NCBI GenBank assembly: GCA_963726255.1
Contig: CAVSBL010000002.1
Location: forward strand, 2,208,001-2,272,000
Length of the DNA stretch: 64,000 nucleotides
Reading direction: 5' to 3'
Origin: Candidatus Bathyarchaeota archaeon
Lineage (GTDB): Archaea; Thermoproteota; Bathyarchaeia; 40CM-2-53-6
Shown here in pieces: positions 59,531 through 64,000 of this stretch. The position numbers and the translations under genes were made by a program. How positions within the stretch are numbered: the stretch's first letter is position 1; each line of letters opens with the position of its first letter. The notes beneath the pieces are model-generated. The model made no database searches. It saw nothing but the letters and a program-made list of their open reading frames with translations, and was not told where the DNA came from.

Positions 59531-59726
59531 TACGGATCATCTTGCAAGGCATGGTACCAGATCTTGCTTCACTTCGACTTTTACTTTTCGACCAGAAGCA
59601 ACGCCATGTAAGAGTTCTGGCCACCAGCTCAAGGCAGATGTTTCGCATGCTCACACATCAGGGATAATGCATAATTCTCGGCGACCGCTTACAAACACAA
59701 AGCAACCATCTGGCCAGGGGAGTATC

Positions 59727-60722
59727 ATGGCAAGACCGCGTATCCGTGAAAAACTTGGATTAGTATTGTTCGTGGCTCGCAGGATCGTAATTGCGATCCC
59801 GGTGGTCTTATTCACGATAGTTTTCAATTTCATATTGATCCATTCTGCTCCTGGAGATCCAGTTTCGTACATGATGCAACAATATGCTGCGACTCCCGAA
59901 TATGTGGCGTTAATCAGAAGATCCTATGGATTGGACAAGCCGCTTTACGAACAACTTTTTATCTATTTGACCAAAGTTCTCACTGGTGATCTAGGGTATT
60001 CATTTTCTTATCACCAACCTGTGGCTAATTTGATACTCTCGCGAATACCCGCCACATTACTGCTCGTGGGAACTGCTCTTGTTATCTCGACCATCGTGGG
60101 AATTATCGCTGGCGTAGTTTCATCGACCAAGCAGTACTCAGCGACCGACAGCTTGATCTCAACAATTTCATTGCTAGGCTATTCCGTGCCGGTATTTTGG
60201 CTTGGCATGATGGGAATTTTCATTTTTTCTGGGTACTTACATCTCTTCCCAGTCATGGGCATGTCTGCAGGTGAACAAGCGGACCCGGTTAGTCGTTTCT
60301 TGAATATTCTCTGGCACACGATACTTCCCACGTTCACGCTAGCGGCTTCGCTCATAGCAATGACGGCGAGACTCACTAGGACAAATATGCTAGAAGTTAT
60401 GAGACTCGATTTCATGACGACTGCTGTATGCAAGGGTCTTGACAGAAAGACGGTGATCTACAAGCATGCTTTGAGGAACGCTTTGATACCTGTTGTCACA
60501 ATTCTCGGGATCAATGGCGGATATATTTTAGCTGGATCGATACTTGTTGAAAGCGTTTTTGCTTGGCCTGGACTCGGCAGGTTGCTGTACGAATCCATTT
60601 TTTCAAGAGACTACCCGTTGATGCTGGGGGAACTTGTCGTTTTATCAATTGCGATGATTTTCGCAAATCTTGTTACAGACATCGCCTACGCCATCCTAGA
60701 TCCTAGAGTGCGGTACAAATGA
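59727..60722 (+). CDS. Peptide ABC transporter permease (OppB/DppB)
   Basis: APGDP, GLDKPL, GDLGYS, HALRNA, FAWPGLG, LDPRVR. Confidence 0.95.
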   Translation: MARPRIREKLGLVLFVARRIVIAIPVVLFTIVFNFILIHSAPGDPVSYMMQQYAATPEYVALIRRSYGLDKPLYEQLFIYLTKVLTGDLGYSFSYHQPVANLILSRIPATLLLVGTALVISTIVGIIAGVVSSTKQYSATDSLISTISLLGYSVPVFWLGMMGIFIFSGYLHLFPVMGMSAGEQADPVSRFLNILWHTILPTFTLAASLIAMTARLTRTNMLEVMRLDFMTTAVCKGLDRKTVIYKHALRNALIPVVTILGINGGYILAGSILVESVFAWPGLGRLLYESIFSRDYPLMLGELVVLSIAMIFANLVTDIAYAILDPRVRYK

Positions 60723-60766
60723 AGACGCAGGGAGTGCTTCGTCAACCCGTAGGGACAGGTGTTTGA

Positions 60767-61600
60767 GTGGGCTCATTCTGGCGCTTGTATGCCAAAAATA
60801 AGCTTGCAGTTGTAGGCCTGCTAATAGTAATCTTCTTTCTGGTTTTGGGTGCTTTCGCTCAATATATTGCTCCGTACGACCCACGTTCGATGAACGGAGT
60901 ACTTTTCGGTCCTCCTAATCTGCAACATCTGATGGGAACTGACCAATTGGGAAGGGACATATTGAGCGGTGTGATCTTCGGAGCCCGCCCTTCGATGACA
61001 ATTGGTTTTCTTGCTGCAATAACTGCAACATTTGTCGGAGTACTGGTCGGTTCATTTGCTGGCTACTACGGCGGATGGGTTGACGATACTCTGATGAAGT
61101 TTACTGAAGTTTTCTTGGTGATTCCGATATTTGTTATTGCACTCGTGGCGGTGAGCGTCTTCGGGCCCACTATATGGAATATTGTTGTGGTTATAGGCGT
61201 GTTGAGTTGGCCAACGATAGCTAGGCTTGTGAGAGCGGACTTTCTTAGTCTCAAGAAGAGGACGTATACCGACGCGGCAAGAGTCGCTGGTGCCACCGAC
61301 CTTTATATCATGTTCAGGGAATTGCTGCCGAATGCGCTGCCAACCGTTGTTGTTGCCACTTGCTTGCAAGTTGCTACGACGATATTACTTGAGGCAGGAT
61401 TAGCCTTCCTTGGTCTCTCTGATCCAAACTGGATTAGCTGGGGATTCATGCTCAACCAATCCTCGCTGTTCTTCCTTCGCGCTTGGTGGTTATCGGCATT
61501 TCCAGGATTGGCGATATTTGCCGCTGTTCTTGGAGTAAATCTGGTAGGCGACGGATTGAATGATGTCCTGAATCCCCGGCTAACAGCGAAAAGTGAATAG
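60767..61600 (+). CDS. Peptide ABC transporter permease (OppC/DppC)
   Basis: GTDQLGRD, AARVAGA, LLPN, FLGL, GDGLND. Confidence 0.95.
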   Translation: MGSFWRLYAKNKLAVVGLLIVIFFLVLGAFAQYIAPYDPRSMNGVLFGPPNLQHLMGTDQLGRDILSGVIFGARPSMTIGFLAAITATFVGVLVGSFAGYYGGWVDDTLMKFTEVFLVIPIFVIALVAVSVFGPTIWNIVVVIGVLSWPTIARLVRADFLSLKKRTYTDAARVAGATDLYIMFRELLPNALPTVVVATCLQVATTILLEAGLAFLGLSDPNWISWGFMLNQSSLFFLRAWWLSAFPGLAIFAAVLGVNLVGDGLNDVLNPRLTAKSE

Positions 61601-61681
61601 GATGCTTTGTAAAGAGGGGCGGAAAGCCATATATCTAAAATGAAGCCCATTTAATCACAGTTCAAGACGGTTGGGAGAGTT

Positions 61682-63445
61682 TTGGAAAGCATCCAACAAC
61701 GATTTGTTGTACTGATTTTTCTTGTGTTGCTTCTGCCGGCCCCGTTCTCTATGCTGGTTCAAGGCCAGGCCAGGCCGGGTGGAACGTTGATCATAGCGAT
61801 ACCTCGGGATTTGAGAGTCCTCAAAGGTGGAATCCACTACTACGGCGTCGACGGTTATGTTACAGGGCAGATCTTCGACGGCCTGGTAGGAAGCTCTTTT
61901 AATTTCACCTATACGCCGCGACTGGCAGAATCCTGGAGTGTTTCGTCTGACGGCCTGGCATGGACTTTTAACCTCCGACATAACGTCAAGTGGCATGATG
62001 GGGTTCCCTTTACATCCGCTGATGTGAAGTGGAGCATAGAGAACGCTACAATTCCCTTTCACCCGCTAGGGAAATCGAACTTCGAAGCTCTTGATCATAT
62101 CGAAACCCCAGATGACTACACTGTTGTGTTCAAGCTCACGCACCCGGTTCCCTGGTTTCTCAGCTATCTAACTGAAACGATGGGGGGCATTTTGCCCAAG
62201 CATCTTATGGCTGGTACGGATATTTTGGCTCACCAGTTGGACCCACCTATAGTCGGAACGGGGGCTTTCATGTACAAGGAGTATGTTCCGGGCGACCACG
62301 TTACTTTGGTCAGGAATCCTAACTACTATATTCCGGGGAAACCATACTTGGACACGATTATCTACAAAATAATCCCTAACACCCAGACCGCAGAACTGGC
62401 GCTTCAGAACGGAGAGATTGACGTGATTCCACTATGGTTGTCTCCGAGTGATGCCGTGAGCCTACAATCCAAGGGCTTCAGTATTTCGAAGGATGGAATG
62501 GAAGCCTATGCGACAGACATGGAACTCTTCTTCAATCTAGACAAGAAGAATGCTCCTTATGCAGATGTGCGAGTAAGGCATGCAATTGGATATGCAATAG
62601 ACAATTCCGAAATCATACAGAAAGCAACTGCTGGACTGGGAATAGTTGCAAGTGGGCCGATTGTGTCATTCAACACCTACTTTGACCCCAACCTTCCGCA
62701 GTACATGAACAATGTAGATGAGGCTAACAAACTGTTAGATGAGGCCGGTTATCACCCGGGTCCTGACGGTACTCGGTTCTCGCTAAACCTTGTCTACGCG
62801 CCGGCTTTTTCGTCTCAGCATGCCATAGTGCCGCAGATTCTTCAAGAGCAGCTCAGAGCGGTCGGAATAAACCTTGTGCTGAAGCCAGAGGAGTATTCGA
62901 CTATGGTTGACACCATATTTACCGGCAGAGACTTTGATATCTATATGCACAACTACGCCTACTACGGAGCCGACCCCGTTGGATTAGATGTTCTTTACAC
63001 ATCCGCCTACGTTGAGACTGGCGTCCCTCACGTAAATCCTGCCCATTATAGTAACGCGCGCATCGACGAGCTTTTCAAACTTGTTCAGAGCGAGGTCGAC
63101 CCGCAAAAGAGGGCGCAAGAATTCAACGAGATCCAAACCATACTCGTGAACGATTTGCCAGTCATCTGGATCTATCAAATACCAAACCTCACAGCATTTA
63201 ACTCGAAATTCGTCGGATTGCCTGCAGGTCCGTGGGAGTTTTCCGACTCCCTCGATAGTGCGTATGACAGCTCGCAACCTTTGCCGACCACAACCGCTGG
63301 TCCGACGACGGCTGTGTCTACAACCTCTGTCTCCACAGCTCTCGCATATGATTACACATCATATGCAGTTGCGGTGGTGATAGTACTCGTAGTGCTTGCG
63401 GTTGCCGCCGTTGCTCTTGCAAAAAGACGGTCCAAGAAGACGTAG
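61682..63445 (+). CDS. Family 5 solute-binding protein with Thr-rich linker and C-terminal TM anchor
   Basis: LAESW, KWHDG.PFTSADV, GTGAF, VRHAI; PTTTAGPTT linker, TM helix, KRRSKK. Confidence 0.93.
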   Translation: MESIQQRFVVLIFLVLLLPAPFSMLVQGQARPGGTLIIAIPRDLRVLKGGIHYYGVDGYVTGQIFDGLVGSSFNFTYTPRLAESWSVSSDGLAWTFNLRHNVKWHDGVPFTSADVKWSIENATIPFHPLGKSNFEALDHIETPDDYTVVFKLTHPVPWFLSYLTETMGGILPKHLMAGTDILAHQLDPPIVGTGAFMYKEYVPGDHVTLVRNPNYYIPGKPYLDTIIYKIIPNTQTAELALQNGEIDVIPLWLSPSDAVSLQSKGFSISKDGMEAYATDMELFFNLDKKNAPYADVRVRHAIGYAIDNSEIIQKATAGLGIVASGPIVSFNTYFDPNLPQYMNNVDEANKLLDEAGYHPGPDGTRFSLNLVYAPAFSSQHAIVPQILQEQLRAVGINLVLKPEEYSTMVDTIFTGRDFDIYMHNYAYYGADPVGLDVLYTSAYVETGVPHVNPAHYSNARIDELFKLVQSEVDPQKRAQEFNEIQTILVNDLPVIWIYQIPNLTAFNSKFVGLPAGPWEFSDSLDSAYDSSQPLPTTTAGPTTAVSTTSVSTALAYDYTSYAVAVVIVLVVLAVAAVALAKRRSKKT

Positions 63446-63828
63446 CGCAAATAGTGCGAATCGTATCCCATCCAATGCGTTCGATATGCCGCAGCGCTAG
63501 GTGCGATGAGAGCGTTTAACGGGTGAATGATGCAGAGCCTGGCATTGACAAAACGAGTTAGCGCCTCTTCTACACTTGTACAGGTTGCGGATCCTTGGAA
63601 TGGCACGGTCTGTCATCGTAACGAAGTCTAGAAACGAAAACGGTCGCTCCTGAACACTGAATGGAATCTCCCACTTCGCACGTGCGAACAAAGATGGGCG
63701 TCACAGAAAGGCCGATAGCGATATCAACCGGGTCGATGTCGTTTTTCTAAATCTTAATCTTACATTTTTCGGTCGGAACTATGACTTCCCCTTCTTCCAT
63801 TCAAGGCGCATTCATGAACGGGTGTTGA

Positions 63829-64000
63829 CTATATTTGTATCAATTCTGGAGTTTCAGTCGAAAGCAGATCAACGCCGGTTTCAGTCACAGCCAAGACATC
63901 CTCCCAGATGAACATTCCCTCCTCGGCTAGAATACCAGGCTCGAGGCTAAACACCATACCCCTCCGAAGAATGTTTTCATGATAAGGAGCAACGAAAGGC
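63829..64000 (-). CDS. M24 (Xaa-Pro) peptidase family, 3' end only
   Basis: Hand translation ...LRRGMVFSLEPG...IWEDVLAVTETGVDLLS...*; runs off the window edge. Confidence 0.8.
   Translation of the reverse strand, partial: PFVAPYHENILRRGMVFSLEPGILAEEGMFIWEDVLAVTETGVDLLSTETPELIQI

Overview
This is an archaeal chromosomal window. Intron-rich tRNAs, Alba, archaeal L3, GGAGGTGA ribosome-binding sites and many TTG/GTG starts point to the TACK group, possibly Bathyarchaeia (inference). It falls into five parts. (1) 0-12 kb: mixed metabolic and repair genes, including an M32 peptidase, GIY-YIG, AlkA, an FrhB-like protein, PaaK, a LigB-like protein and a GT4/GH130 trio. (2) 12-27 kb: a redox supercluster. 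A minus-strand run korD-like ferredoxin > SdhB/TfrB-like > non-covalent-FAD fumarate-reductase-like flavoprotein > hdrCBA > mvhDGA > protease is divergent from korABG. Two unannotated paralogous Cys-rich microproteins and a second 2-oxoacid:ferredoxin oxidoreductase follow. hdrA carries one frameshift. (3) 27-37 kb: housekeeping genes, including three RNA-chaperone genes (DEAD helicase, Alba, TRAM) with structured leaders. (4) 37.8-46 kb: a variable region with a structured intergenic element, related palindromic repeats, a collapsed pseudogene, a solo Cas4-like nuclease, rpl3 and two double-intron tRNAs. (5) 46-64 kb: a probable island after tRNA-Leu with a ParB-AbrB fusion, TrmB, catabolic enzymes and a peptide ABC transporter. 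The best candidates for new biology are tRNA-Leu(GAG), with an intron at 8/9 whose splice helix appears to be extended by the 5' leader plus a second intron inside the anticodon, and the putative H2-driven Hdr/fumarate-reductase/Kor module. All calls come from reading motifs by eye; no database searches or folding programs were run.
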